From: Octopus vulgaris
Taxonomy: Eukaryota
Direction of reading: 5' to 3'
Length of the DNA stretch: 64,000 nucleotides
Assembly (NCBI GenBank): GCA_951406725.2
Contig: OX597824.1
Location: 5,208,001-5,272,000, forward strand
The notes below the pieces were generated by a model. That model saw only the letters and a list, made by a program, of their open reading frames with translations. It did no database searches and was not told the DNA's origin. A program made the translations under genes and the position numbers. Position 1 is the first letter of the stretch. Every line of letters begins with the position of its first letter. This document shows, piece after piece, positions 1 through 13,456 of this stretch.

Positions 1-19
1 GCCTAGGAGAGGGTTCCAA

Positions 20-1260
20 TGCAGGTTGATCGTTGTCCCCTTTTAAGAAATTATCCAACATTACTGGGTAAGGCGGCGAGCTGGCAGAAACATTAGCACG
101 TCGGGTGAAATGCTTAGTGGTGTTTCGTCTGTCTTTACGTTCTGAGTTCAAATTCCGCCGAGGTCGACTTTGCATTTCATCCTTTCGGGGTCAATAAATT
201 AAGTACCAGTTACGCACTGGGGTCGATGTAATCGACTTAATCCCTTTCTCTGTCCTTGTTTGTCCCCTCTATGTTTAGCCCCTTGTGGGCAATAAAGAAA
301 TAAATTTTCCAACATTGGTGTCCAACCGGGATCATGAAAATGAATTGAATGCTTTCTGGTGAACAGGAGCCAGCATGTGGCGGTGGATGGTATTCCATGA
401 GTGTCAGCAAAAGTTATCGCTGGAGTCCGACAAGGCTCTGCGATGGGCCCAGTCCCCTTTAGTATTTATATCAATGACGATATTGACCTCATCAAATACA
501 GCAGAGTTAAGATTTTCGCGGAAGACTCTAAGCTTCTGAAGATCGTCTACAGAGTAAGAAACCGGATTAATCTCCAATCGGGTCTGCTCGCTGTTATCCA
601 ATAGGCAGAGAAACACAATATACCGGTGAGTAAGAAAGAAATTTGAATTAATCCATTTCGGTAAAGAGGCTACAATTAAGCTATCATACACTCTTCCGTC
701 AGGTGAAAACCTCGTGACATCAAATATTGCTAGGGACCTCGGGGTCTCGCCCTTTTCTCAATGGAAGCTGGAGTGCGCATATAAACAGCAAAGTCGACAT
801 GGCCCACTGAGCGTGCTCATGGATACTCAGGGCTTTCAAGCCTACAGACACTTCCATCGTTATCCTTCTCGTCTCCACCTTCGCCCGTCTTCATATTGAA
901 TACTGTTGATTGCTGCGGTCTTCTCTCTACGAAATAAAGTATAAAAAAACTGAAGCATCCCCCCCAACGAAGAAAAATGCACGACAGTCTTGATTACTGG
1001 TATCGATTCGAGAAGCTCAGACTACATTCTCTCCAACGTCGCCGTGAGCGCTATTTCCTTTGTACGAGGTGAAAAATATTCCAGCAGCATTGCCCGAATG
1101 ATGTTGGAACCAACATTAAAATTCACTCGAGGCTTGGGTCCCGGCGCCATCGGTCCCTCTAGCAGAATCATGATTGCGTTACGTCATAACACTAAGCTAG
1201 AACTAGTTTAACTGAAATGGCCCTGCTCTTTTAAACATCGTGCCAAGACACGAAAGAGAA
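20..1260 (+). mobile_element. Decayed CR1/L2-like LINE, RT C-terminal half, interrupted by a SINE at 63-301
   Basis: ORF 401-604 reads GVRQGSAMGPVPFSIYIND...KIFAEDSKL, degenerate GVPQGSVLGP and FADD RT motifs; stops and frameshifts follow. Confidence 0.8.
63..301 (+). mobile_element. tRNA-derived SINE family A (Meta-domain-like core), with target site duplication
   Basis: Head ggcggcgagctggcagaaa, B-box-like gagttcaaattcc, core gtcgactttgcatttcatcctttcggggtc; TSD aaattatccaacatt (48-62) / aaattttccaacatt (302-316). Confidence 0.9.
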
Positions 1261-1301
1261 GAAAAAGATATCATAAAAGTCAAACGGTTCCAGGATAAAT
1301 A

Positions 1302-1304
<3 letters not shown>

Positions 1305-1398
<94 letters not shown>

Positions 1399-1441
1399 AA
1401 TATATAAATATATAAATATATAAATATATATATATACACAT

Positions 1442-1472
<31 letters not shown>

Positions 1473-1920
1473 AATATATAAATATATAAATATATAAATA
1501 TATATATATATATACATATACATACATATATATATATATACACATATACATACATATATGCATACACACATATATATATATATATGTATATATACACATA
1601 CACTTACATATACATATACACACACATACATACACACATTCATAAGCAAATGTAGATATATTTATATATATTAACAGATATATACACATGTACAGATATA
1701 CAGACATACACAGGTACACACACACACATAAATATGTATGAGTGTGTGTGTGTGTATCTGTATACGTGTGAATGGATACCCATCTTCCTCTACATAGACA
1801 CACAGATGCGTATATACACACACAATCACACACACACACATACGTATAAGGGAATATGTATGTATGAATGTAATGTGGACATCAGCATTTGTGTTGTGGC
1901 TTTCTGTGTGTGTGTGTTTA
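1305..1920. repeat. Compound (TA)n/(CA)n microsatellite
   Basis: Direct reading. Confidence 0.95.
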
Positions 1921-2304
1921 TATGAGGCAGCAGAAAACGGTATTGAGTTCTTCAATATCTTTGGACGTCATACTTCATTCGAATTAAAGATAAACGATAT
2001 TTTGGTTACACAGTTTATGGTAACTTTATAGCAATTTGGCACTTCATCAAGTAATTTGGAAAATGTTTCTTCTACGAATTAACCATTAAAGAATTCTCAA
2101 GACAAAACTTCCTTCTCTTATGCTTAGACACAACACAAAATCGCTTTGGTTTTCTTGTTAAGGATACTTTAACATGACAACAAGACTACGTACTTAAAAC
2201 GAAGCAACGAAGAACCCCCTATACGTCGCTAGACATGCTAGAAGTTGTTGCCTAAACTCGCTTCAAATTACAGAATTACTACTTAATGTTTAAAAAGATA
2301 TTCG

Positions 2305-2703
2305 GTGGTAAGTAGCTTGCTTACGAACCACATGATTCCGGGTTCAGTCCCACTGCGTGGCACCTTGAGCAAGTGTTTTCTACTGTGGTCTCGGGTCGAC
2401 CAAAACCTTGTGAGTGGATTTGGTAGACGGAAACTGAAAGAAACCCGCCGTATATATGTATATGTATGTGTGTATGTATGTGTGTGTATATGTTTGTGTG
2501 GCTGTCCCTGTCCTCCCAACATCGCTTGACAATCGATGCTGGTGTGTTTACGTCCCCGTAACTTTGCGGTTCGGCAAACAGACCGATGGAATAAGTACTA
2601 GGCTTACAAAGAATAAGTCCTGTGGTCGATTTGCTCGACTAAAGGCGGTGCTCCAGCATGGCCACAGTCACATCACTGAAACAAGTAAAAGAGTAAAAGA
2701 GAG
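2305..2703 (+). mobile_element. SINE family B, slightly 5'-truncated
   Basis: gtggtaagtagcttgc...ggttcagtcccactgcgtggcacc...internal TA/TG tract...aagtaaaagagtaaaagag tail; colinear with copies at 10.2, 42.9, 56.0 and 60.6 kb. Confidence 0.9.
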
Positions 2704-2779
2704 AGTAACCGAGTGGTTAAAATATTATACATACTATTTTCATTTTAAGCACAAATCCTTACTGCATCAGGCAGAAGGA

Positions 2780-2950
2780 CTGAAACTTTTAGGGGAGGGA
2801 ACTCGTTGATTACCTCGACCTCACGCACCCTGAAAAGGACGAAAGGCGAAGTTGACTACGGAGGAATTTGAACTCAGAACGCAGAGACGGTCAAAATGCC
2901 GCGAAGAATTTTACCCGGCGTGCTTAACGATTCTGCCAGTTCGCCGCCTT
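2780..2950 (-). mobile_element. SINE family A, diverged
   Basis: Reverse complement of head and core (gaatttgaactcagaac...ctgccagttcgccgcctt). Confidence 0.8.
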
Positions 2951-3062
2951 TGCTCTATAACAGAGATATTCTCTTAAGGGTATCCAAAAAGAAGAAAAAA
3001 ATCTTTTGTGGGTAAATCACTGAGGTTTGAATTCTCGTCGATGAATCTGTCTCTTTCCGAAG

Positions 3063-3095
<33 letters not shown>

Positions 3096-3096
3096 G

Positions 3097-3158
<62 letters not shown>

Positions 3159-3159
3159 G

Positions 3160-3203
<44 letters not shown>

Positions 3204-3240
3204 GCTACTGCTACTACTACTACTACTACTACTACTACTG

Positions 3241-3311
<71 letters not shown>

Positions 3312-3370
3312 GCTACTGCTGTTGCTGCTGCTGCTGATGATGATGATGCTACTATTACTGCTGCTGCTGC
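3063..3370. repeat. (CTA)n microsatellite grading into CTG/ATG
   Basis: Direct reading; explains the poly-S/Y/V ORFs. Confidence 0.95.
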
Positions 3371-3455
3371 CACTTCGAGTGGTATGACAATAACAATTGG
3401 AAATAAAATGCAATGAAACTAGTAATAAGAAATATTTAAATAGACAATTAAAAAA

Positions 3456-3632
3456 ATGTGTATGTATACATGCATGCTTGCATGTATGTATGTATGTATG
3501 TATGTATGTGTGTATGTGTGTATGTATGTATGTGTGTATGTGTGTATGTATGTGTGTATGTATGTATGTATGTATGTATGTATGTATGTATGTATGTATG
3601 TATGTATGTATGTATGTATGTATGTATGTATG

Positions 3633-3663
<31 letters not shown>

Positions 3664-5052
3664 GTATGTATGTATGTATGTATGTATGTATGTATGTATG
3701 TATGTATGTATGTGTGTATGTATGTATGTATGTGTGTATGTGTGTATGTATGTATGTATGTGTGTATGTATGTATGTATGTGTATGTATGTATGTATGTA
3801 TGTATGTATGTGTGTATGTATGTATGTATGTATGTATGTATGTATGTGTATGTATGTATGTATGTATGTATGTATGTATGTATGTATGTATGTATGTATG
3901 TATGTATGTATGTATGTATGTATGTATGTATGTATGTACTTATGTATGTATGTATGTATGTATGTATGTATGTATGTATGTATGTATGTATGTATGTATG
4001 TGTGTATGTGTGTATGTATGTGTGTATGTATGTATGTATGTATGTATGTATGTGTGTATGTGTGTATGTATGTATGTGTGTATGTGTGTATGTATGTATG
4101 TATGTATGTATGTATGTATGTATGTATGTATGTATGTATGTATGTATGTATGTATGTATGTATGTATGTATGTATGTATGTATGTATGTATGTATGTATG
4201 TATGTCTTTACGTATGTATGTATGTATGTATGTATGTATGTATGTATGTATGTATGTATGTATGTATGTATGTGTGTATGTATGTGTGTATGTATGTATG
4301 TATGTATGTATGTATGTATGTATGTATGTATGTATGTATGTATGTATGTATGTGTGTATGTATGTATGTATGTGTGTATGTATGTATGTATGTATGTATG
4401 TATGTATGTATGTATGTATGTATGTATGTATGTATGTATGTGTGTATGTATGTATGTATGTATGTATGTATGTATGTATGTATGTATGTATGTATGTATG
4501 TATGTATGTATGTATGTATGTATGTATGTATGTATGTATGTATGTATGTATGTATGTATGTATGTATGTATGTGTATGTGTGTATGTATGTGTGTATGTG
4601 TGTATGTATGTATGTATGTATGTATGTATGTATGTATGTATGTATGTATGTATGTATGTGTGTATGTGTGTATGTATGTATGTATGTATGTATGTATGTA
4701 TGTATGTATGTATGTATGTATGTATGTATGTATGTATGTATGTATGTATGTATGTATGTATGTATGTATGTATGTATGTATGTATGTATGTATGTATGTA
4801 TGTATGTATGTGTGTATGTATGTGTGTATGTATGTATGTATGTATGTATGTATGTATGTATGTATGTCTTTACGTATGTATGTATGTATGTATGTATGTA
4901 TGTATGTATGTATGTATGTATGTATGCATGTATGTATGTATGTATGTATGTATGTATGTATGTCTTTACGTATGTATGTATGTATGTATGTATGTATGTA
5001 TGTATGTATGTGTGTATGTATGTGTGTATGTATGTATGTATGTATGTATGTA
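3456..5052. repeat. About 1.6 kb (TATG)n array
   Basis: Direct reading; explains the MYVC ORFs. Confidence 0.97.
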
Positions 5053-5333
5053 AGTTTCTATGTATAAACGCACATGTTTTTATTTGTGAATGTATCTGTG
5101 TAAGTATACATTAACAAAGTATTGTGTTTATATGTGTACCTATGTATACATATACATATATACGTTTACACATATATATTATATATGCCTATATACATAC
5201 GTATATCTATCTATCTATCTATCTATCTATATATATATATATATAAATTTATATATGCATATACATATATACGTAAACGTATATATGTATATGTATACAT
5301 GCGCACACATATAAACACACACATATGTATCTA

Positions 5334-5372
<39 letters not shown>

Positions 5373-5486
5373 GCTTTATATATACGTGTGTATATTGGTA
5401 TGTATATGTGTGTGTGTAAATGTATATGAGTATGTGTTCGCGCGCGTGTAAGTGCGCGCGTGGCAAGAATAAAAGGAATGAATCCT

Positions 5487-6415
5487 AAATGCAAGAAAAT
5501 GAACGGAAAACCGGACAGAAGAAAAAGAACCATCTTGGAGTTTGTTGGAATTTAATAAGTAGATACCAATTATTATAAACCTTGTAACCGAATTCCTTAT
5601 TTCACCTCATTTCGTTTCCCAAGCGTGATATTTACAACACGACAACACAATAGACATTTTTAAAGAGGGATACTATTTTCTTTTTTGTCAATGACTGAGG
5701 CTATTTATCTATTCATTCTGAACGAGATTTTTCTGTACTTTGTTATTTTAATATGATCACTTTAAGCAACAAACATAAATATGTATATCCCTTCCAGCAT
5801 AACCTTATCAAATGAGTCACGTAGGATATTTTTATAGTACCTTCTTATGACAAAACATTGTCAAGAAAAATTTTCGCTATTTCTAACAGAAACGGCATAG
5901 AATAATTATTTCTTTGTACCGAAGATTTAGAACAAGTTTTTAAGTCGCCTATGGAAAATAGCGTATTTCCAATTTGTGGTTTTCTTCTTTTATAGATAGC
6001 GAGTAAATAAGTTAAGAAGCTTGGGAATTACTCTATCTGATATTAAACGATATAAAACACTTTTGTTCAACCGCTGTTAGATTGAGCTAGGCTATGTTCT
6101 CTTGTGAGTTTCGCAAAAAGATAAGGTTAGGCACGAAGTATATTTTTCAAAGTATATTTTAGTTTTGTTAATTTGAATCAAATTTTTTGCTTTAAGTTTC
6201 GAAATAGAGAATTATGCTGCATACTAGAATATTTCAAGCTGTGTGGTTTACATGTGTCTCATAAACGGATGATTTTGGATTCAATTCTACTGCAGAGTAT
6301 CGTGGACAAATTAGTGCTTTCTATCATAGAACACAGTGGAGCAAAGCCTTCTGAATAGAGATGGATAAAGGAGTAGATGCGCTTCGCTACACACACTCGT
6401 ATACACACACACACG

Positions 6416-6463
<48 letters not shown>

Positions 6464-6594
6464 CACAAATACACACACATATCTGTGTATGTATGTATAC
6501 ATATACACGCGTATATCATAGCTTTTCTTCGTGCTGGCAGCGTACTTCTTTCATTTTTGGTCTGTGTCAGTAAAAGTATGCATATATATGTACA

Positions 6595-6635
<41 letters not shown>

Positions 6636-6794
6636 TATGTCGGAGAATCTTTCTCCCAAATGCAAGAAAATGAATGGAAAACCGGACAGATGAAAAATAA
6701 CCATCTTGGAGTTTGTTGGAATTTAATAAGTAGATACCAATTATTATAAACCTTGTAACCGAATTCCTCATTTCACCTCATTTCGTTTCCCAAG
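5487..6794 (+). repeat. 137-bp direct repeat pair (5487-5623 and 6658-6794)
   Basis: aaatgcaagaaaatgaa...catcttggagtttgttggaatttaataagtagatacc...tttcgtttcccaag occurs twice with only a few substitutions. Confidence 0.9.
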
Positions 6795-6975
6795 TGTTTC
6801 CCACCTTGCACTGCTTGTCACTCGAACCTACTACAGTGACCATCAGAATAGCGAACGTGTTGCACAAGCTTTTGTCGCTTAAATTCAATGACGCACAGAT
6901 ATCTCGCCATCGTGAAACGGCCATCATCTAACAAGATGAGACGACCATCGTACATACCTATATATACGCACACAC

Positions 6976-7016
<41 letters not shown>

Positions 7017-7019
<3 letters not shown>

Positions 7020-7250
7020 GTGTATATTTAGGGCTAAAAAACCACTGTGGACAGCCATATGCTAGAAGAAGACCACATACGATCTAACTAAAAATACACT
7101 ATGTGGCTGTCCACATAGTGGTTTTTTAGCCCTAAATATGCACATGCATTGAAATTTTCTTTGATTTTTCAGATTTTTTATAGGCTACTGGTTTTAAATT
7201 GATATTAATTAGATTAATATTCAATTTATCTCCTTCATTATTTAAATGTT
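7017..7250 (+). mobile_element. Fold-back element in (TA)n, probable PLE end with inverted pseudo-LTR
   Basis: Arms 7017-7060 and 7101-7146 are near reverse complements; AT-rich tail to about 7250; TA runs on both sides. Confidence 0.6.
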
Positions 7251-7397
7251 ATATATATATATATATAATCAGCCGAAATTGCGAGGATGATCCGGTTCTT
7301 GACTGAAGATTGAAGGCTTCGAATGTCCCGTCCGTGTTTTTGTATCGTCTTCTAAATGTTTTACATTCTTGACCCAGTTTGTATTTTTCTACATATA

Positions 7398-7473
<76 letters not shown>

Positions 7474-7477
<4 letters not shown>

Positions 7478-7815
7478 GTAAAGACCCCCTTCGGTCATGA
7501 ATGACCATGGGATTGCACCTAGAAAGTTACCCTCCTAGACACAAGTCCGGGCAAGGTTGTTTATGGAAGACCAGCAGTCGCCCATGCATGCTAGCCTCCT
7601 CTCTCCACGCCACCAGTGTTATCCAAGGGAAAGACAAAGGTCGATACAGCTTGGCACCAGTGACGTCGCAACTCATTTCTACAGCTGAGTGAACTGGAGC
7701 AACGTGAAATAAAGTGCCTTGCTCAAGAACACAACACGCAGCCCGGTCCGGGATTCGAGCTCACAACCTCACGATCGTAAGCTCGACGCTCTAACCACTG
7801 AGCCATGCGCCTTCA
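7474..7815 (-). mobile_element. Full-length tRNA-derived SINE family D (CORE/V-like central domain)
   Basis: Minus strand: ggcgcatggctcagtggttagagcg (A box)...gctcgaatccc (B box)...cttgagcaaggcactt...cactcagctgtagaaatgag. Confidence 0.85.
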
Positions 7816-7974
7816 TATATATATATATGTATACGTAATTAGGATAAGTCATTATTTAATGATGTATCTGTGGTCAGCATACTAAAAATGCCATAATGGT
7901 TAATTTATATTAAAATTATAATAAGAGTGCTGAATGATTACTACACCAGTCTGCTAGAAATAGACCCCAAATGT

Positions 7975-8205
7975 AAACACGGGGACAGTCATTCTGAAGA
8001 CATTGAGGAGATGAAGGTGGATGTGACAGAAGTTTTGGATACCTTCATTTTGGAGGACTTCCATAGGGCCTACACGAAGGGAATGGAACGTTGCAGCAAT
8101 TATACCGAAGTGAGAAAATCCTATTTTGATGGAGATTAGAGTTTTGTAATTTTTTTAAATTAATAAAGGAATCTCTTGAAAAAACTCTCAACTTTTCCAA
8201 GAACT
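7975..8205 (+). mobile_element. Mariner transposase C-terminal remnant
   Basis: EDIEEMKVDVTEVLDTF...MERCSNYTEVRKSYFDGD* resembles the mariner C-terminal RWxKCIxxxGxYFE. Confidence 0.7.
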
Positions 8206-9441
8206 TATTAAGTGAACAGAATGTAATAAATTATTACACAATTCTATTGTGCATGTCTGTATTAAATTTATTTAATCAGCATTAACAATTCTGAAATATA
8301 TTGTAGCTATTTTATTTTCACAACATGAGAAAACCACAAATTGGAAATACGCCCAGAGAGTTAACGACCCAAAAGTAGAGAAGAACGAAATATAAATTAT
8401 TACTGCTGTGTATCTCGTCATATTTGTATATATTTCGAATAGAGAGATGCTACATTCTTTGTAACCATACTGAAAGAATAAATGTAAGTCTCATACGAAT
8501 AGTATCTTCTTTACTTACTCTCTTCAACTATCCTTTCCGACAAAAAAGAAAATGTTTCAACTACAGTTACAGTATTTTTATATGTTTGAAAACTTTGTTC
8601 ATTAAAATTTCATGAGATACCATCTCGTTTTAGACTGCTGCGAAAGCTTATATTAGATATGGTACAGCGTTTGTTTGCAACACTTTTTTCTTCTTTATAG
8701 AAACACATTTTTCAAAAGTCTGTAATCTCCTCGTCTGCGCATATATTTATGACATTATATTGTGGCAAACGCATATATTTCTCTGTTATCACTTTAAAAC
8801 ATAACTTTGCGAACTCTATGTTCACTTTCATTCTTTCTAGTCTGCTAAATACCGCTTTCTCTGACAGTAAGGGTTCAGGGATCGAATAGTGTGCGGGGAC
8901 CCAATATAGTTAACGTGTGAAAATAGTTACAACAGTATGGGCTCGGAAATGGCTGTGGAACAGGTCTCTGGCAAACATTCTTTTCAGCTCCTCAGGGATT
9001 AACATTACTCTTTGCCGCAACTATTCCCTGGGTAAAAGAAAATACTGTAAATTGCGGGGTACAAGTCGACATGACATAGATGTCGACCTCAAGATTATCG
9101 GATTCTTGGTTACGCTTATATCTACGGCATAAGTCAACCACCAAACATACAGTATGATCGAGGGATTCGATCAGAATCGAACGCTCCGTATGTTAACATG
9201 GGCTTCCTAACAACAAATTAAACTTCATTTAATCAAGATACCCTTGGCCCGAAAAGTAGCCTGCTGTATACACCTCGCTTGGATATAGACCACTTCCGAG
9301 GTTCCATTCGCTAAGAAACATATGTAGCTGAGATGTTATCGACTCCGTTCCTTAACTCTTGGATTTACACACACACACACACAGAAGCACACATATAAAA
9401 CTCCACGTAATGTTTAACTATACTATCGAATATATTTATAT

Positions 9442-9490
<49 letters not shown>

Positions 9491-9496
<6 letters not shown>

Positions 9497-9701
9497 CAAA
9501 ATAAGCAACAAGGATATTCAGAGGTAATGCAGTACGACCGAAACGCATGAAACGATCGTACTGCATTACCTCCGGATATCCTTGTTGCTTATTTTGATTA
9601 TAATCACCTTATTTTAAATTGTATGGATAATAGCATACTAAATTCTGGTGCCTTTAACTTAAGTACCATATTCATCTGAATCTAAATTTTTACTGAACTC
9701 A
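9491..9701 (+). mobile_element. Fold-back PLE-type end with the 3' half of an HHR
   Basis: Arms about 9491-9540 and 9553-9602; GAAA-cgatcg-TA-ctgc at 9549-9564; follows (TA)n. Confidence 0.7.
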
Positions 9702-10218
9702 TATATACAATAATTAATGAAAATGTATAGAGTTATGTAAATGTTTATAAAGCAATACAAACGACAGATTTCTATCGCGCTTTACTTCACGTTTCTTGTT
9801 TTGTGTAATTCATTTGACTAAATATACGATTGGCATCAACTTTTCCGAAGTTAATTTTGAGAGAAAAAAAAATGTTTCTTTTCAGTTGGAGTACAGAATT
9901 TTTATATGACAGAAAGGAGACACGTCTCTTAATCTGCACAAAAATCTTTAGAATTACTGTAAAAAAAAAAATAAACAAATTAGAAGAAAAAATAACTCGT
10001 AGAATATTATGAAAGAAAGACATGAAATAGAAGAGGAGATAAGAAGAAAAAAAGAAATAAGGAAGTAAGAGGTGCGGCGCGAGTCAATGCGGATGATTAC
10101 ACAAATAAATGTATGAGTCAGGTAAAGGTGGAATGATGGACAAGTTACATAACAGATGATTCTCAGAATGTCTACATTACTCCATAATTTATAAGCTGTT
10201 ATATATATATATATATAA

Positions 10219-10445
10219 TTTACTCTTTTACTTTTAGTGGAGCACCACCTTTTAGTCGAGCAAATCGACCCCAGGACTTATTCTTTGGAAGCCTAGTACT
10301 TATTCTATTGGTCTCTTTTGCTGAACTGCTAAGTTACGGGGACGTGAACACACCAGCATCGGTTCTCAAGCGATGTTGGGGGTACAAACACAGGCACACA
10401 AACATATACACACACATACATACATACATACATACATACATACAT

Positions 10446-10478
<33 letters not shown>

Positions 10479-10686
10479 TATATATACATACATACACACA
10501 CATATATATATACATACATATACGACGGGCTTCTTTCAGTTTCCGTCTACTAAATTCACTCACAAGGCTTTGGTCAGCCTGAGGCTATAGTAGAAGACAC
10601 TTGCCCAAGGTGCCACGCAGTGGGACTGAACCCGGAACCATGTGGTTGGTAAGCAAGCTACTTACCACACAGCTACTCCTACGCCT
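10219..10686 (-). mobile_element. SINE family B, near full length
   Basis: Colinear with 56051-56467 in reverse; expanded internal (CATA)n. Confidence 0.92.
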
Positions 10687-11375
10687 TAAATGTTTTCAAT
10701 ATAATCCCTTTATATCTATATACTGGAGACTATATTTTCCCTTGAAACATACTACAAGCACGCCATGCTTACACTTATCGCTTAGAATAGTCTTGAAGCC
10801 ACAACAACCTTTATAACCGTGACTAATATATCCAAGATGCAGACAAATAAGATTTCGTCTGAGAGTCCGTTCTCAATTTGGAAAGTTCTTAGTTGTATCA
10901 TATTTTTGACCGTACTGATAATTTTTCTCAGCAAAGTAAAATTTCAGCAACCAGTTCCCGTGTCGATAGACAGAGCTAATTACCTGATTACATCTCGTCC
11001 AACTCTTAATTGGCCGTACTTAATAGGTAGAGCTAACCAGCAGAAAAAGAAAAGCTGGCAGGGTGAGGCTTCAATCATTAAAAATGGATGAATGGGTTAA
11101 TCTGACGGTACTTGAAGACTTCTAATTTGTTGCTTGACCTGCTAAAAGAAAAACAAAACAACAACAGCATAAAAAACAACAACAACAACGACAGCAAGTA
11201 CAATAACAACGATGAAAACAATAGTAGGAAGACTATTCTTCTAATTCCCATTAATACTGTCATAAAGTTATGATGAAAAATACGACGTCGTTAGTGGACT
11301 TTTTCAGTAATATCTCAAATGTATTCATTTGGACCTTTCGTAATATTTTGATATATCGTCTATCTTTTTCTTTAA

Positions 11376-11713
11376 CTTTTACTTGCTTCAGTCATTAGAC
11401 TCCGACCATGCTGGGGCACCATCTCGAAGAACTAATTTTTTAAAAGCCTTTACATATTCCAAAGATCTCTTTCGAAGAACAGCTAAGTTACGGGTATTTA
11501 AATATACCAACGCCGGCAGTCAAGCGGTGTTCGGGACAAATACATCACAAAGATGCACACACACAGACCACGAGCCTCTTTCGGTTTCCTTCTACAAAAT
11601 CCATCCACAAGGCTTTAGTGAACCCATGGTCATGAGAGAAGACACCCAGGGGCCGAACTCGGAACCGTATGGTTGGGAAGGTAACTTCTTACCACACAGT
11701 CACACCAGCGCCT
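11376..11713 (-). mobile_element. SINE family B, old diverged copy
   Basis: ttttacttgcttcagtcatt...ccatgctggggcacc...cttaccacacagtcacaccagcgcct. Confidence 0.75.
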
Positions 11714-11719
11714 ACATCT

Positions 11720-12266
11720 ATAACTCACTGACAGCGGACTCAGGAAAGATAAGTGAGATACTCAATGAACAATTTAAAAATGTCTTCACTTGCCCCCTTG
11801 GACACATGCAGATAAAAAATCCGGCCGAATTCTTTTATATTGCAGCTCTAAAAAAGGAGGCGCCTGCCATTGATTACATCAACATTTAGGAAACAGTTAA
11901 TAGGGGCCATAGATGAAATGAGATCATGCTCCGCCACTGGTCCCGATGGTTTCCCAGCTATTCCCCTAAAGTCATGTAAGCAGGCTTTAGCGAAACCACT
12001 TCAGATACTTTTCCAAAGTTTCCTTGCAAGTGGTAAACTTCCTAAAAAGCTGAAAGGCATTATATGCCCTATCCACAAAGGTGGAAGTAGAGCAGGGGCC
12101 AAAAACTACAGGCCAATCTATCTGACCTCACATGTCAGTAAAGTCATGGAGCGAATCATCGGAAAGAAGTTGATAATGTCCCTAGAAGAAAATGACCCAC
12201 TGAACAATACACAGCATGGCTTCCGTCCAAGAAGAAGCTGCACCTACAGCACTATGACTGGGTTTT
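11720..12266 (+). mobile_element. CR1-like LINE ORF2 fragment (RT N-terminal region)
   Basis: SATGPDGFP...ICPIHKGG...NYRPIYLTSHVSKVMERII...QHGFRPRRSC. Confidence 0.9.
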
Positions 12267-12309
12267 GACCATTCAGATGGAATTTGGTGAACATTGGTGT
12301 TCCAGATTT

Positions 12310-12930
12310 GTTGTATGTGGATTCGCAAATGCAGATATGAACTCCAAATGCAGAAATTCGATCTACTGCATTAAATGCCCGAATTGTGAGGAATTATATA
12401 TAGGCGAGTCAGGGAATGCGTTATCAGAATGCTCACGAGTCCACAGATAAGTCCGGAGCACCAATGTTTGTCAAATTCTATTGACTGAACATATAGAGAC
12501 AAGTGGTCAGAAAATGTTTCTAATTTTTCTTTTCCACAAACTACATGACACAAATGAGGTTGGAAGAAACATAAAAGAAAAACGGTTTATTAAAATATTC
12601 AAACCTGTTCTGAACTGAAATAACAACCAGTTAATGATGTGGATTGAAAAATATCACTAGCTTATAAATATAAACAAATTACAGAATATCGGTATACCTG
12701 GCAAACCGTGATGTTTGAGATGCATGTGGAATGGTTAAAATCATATTCTAAAAATTCAGCTTGTTGGAGCGTTCTAAGAAGAACTAAAGTCGTCAAAAAC
12801 TCAACTGTCAGTTAAACACATTTGAAATCCAATGAAAGCGCTAATTTAACTTTATGAGCATTACAAAATATATTTTTGGTGTTAAAATACCATAATAAAA
12901 ACGGGAAAACCAGACCAGGTTAACTTTATA
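12310..12930 (+). mobile_element. Penelope-like element 3' fragment: GIY-YIG endonuclease plus pseudo-LTR
   Basis: CRNSIYCIKCPNCEELYIGESG...RVHR, then KEKRFIKIFKPVLN* ending near 12618; AT-rich tail abutting CA/TA repeats. Confidence 0.85.
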
Positions 12931-12982
12931 TACTTTTCTTTACACATTCACACAAATTCGAAACAATATACATACAGACATA

Positions 12983-13074
<92 letters not shown>

Positions 13075-13075
13075 C

Positions 13076-13114
<39 letters not shown>

Positions 13115-13301
13115 CATATATATATGTAATATATTAATAAATAAAATAAAACATATGCATATATATAAACATATATGTACGTACCTACCTCTACATGTAC
13201 ATATACACGCATATATGAGTACAAGACACCAAAAGGACGTCGAACACATAGAGAGACGAAAAACATAGACACCATACATATACATACATATACATACATA
13301 C

Positions 13302-13360
<59 letters not shown>

Positions 13361-13365
<5 letters not shown>

Positions 13366-13456
13366 GCAACAGAAAAGCGATAGCGAAACCGGTCGATATA
13401 TTAAAAATGATATTAAAACTATGTAGGTGTGCGTATTTTCCTTTTTTAATTTCTCA
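13361..13456 (+). mobile_element. Short PLE-type tail between TA runs, with the 3' half of an HHR
   Basis: GAAA-ccgg-TC at 13385-13394 (palindromic helix III, GUC triplet); the 5' core is absent. Confidence 0.45.

Noticed and set aside
3456-5114. ORFs of 465-552 aa
   Set aside because: Translations of a stop-free (TATG)n array.
7060-7335. HHRs in the 7.0 kb loop and at ctgaaga near 7303
   Set aside because: Core, GAAA and stems cannot all be assigned.
7745-7812. Functional tRNA genes in SINE heads (also 17.9, 21.4 and 58.8 kb)
   Set aside because: No complete acceptor stem; each continues into a repeat body.
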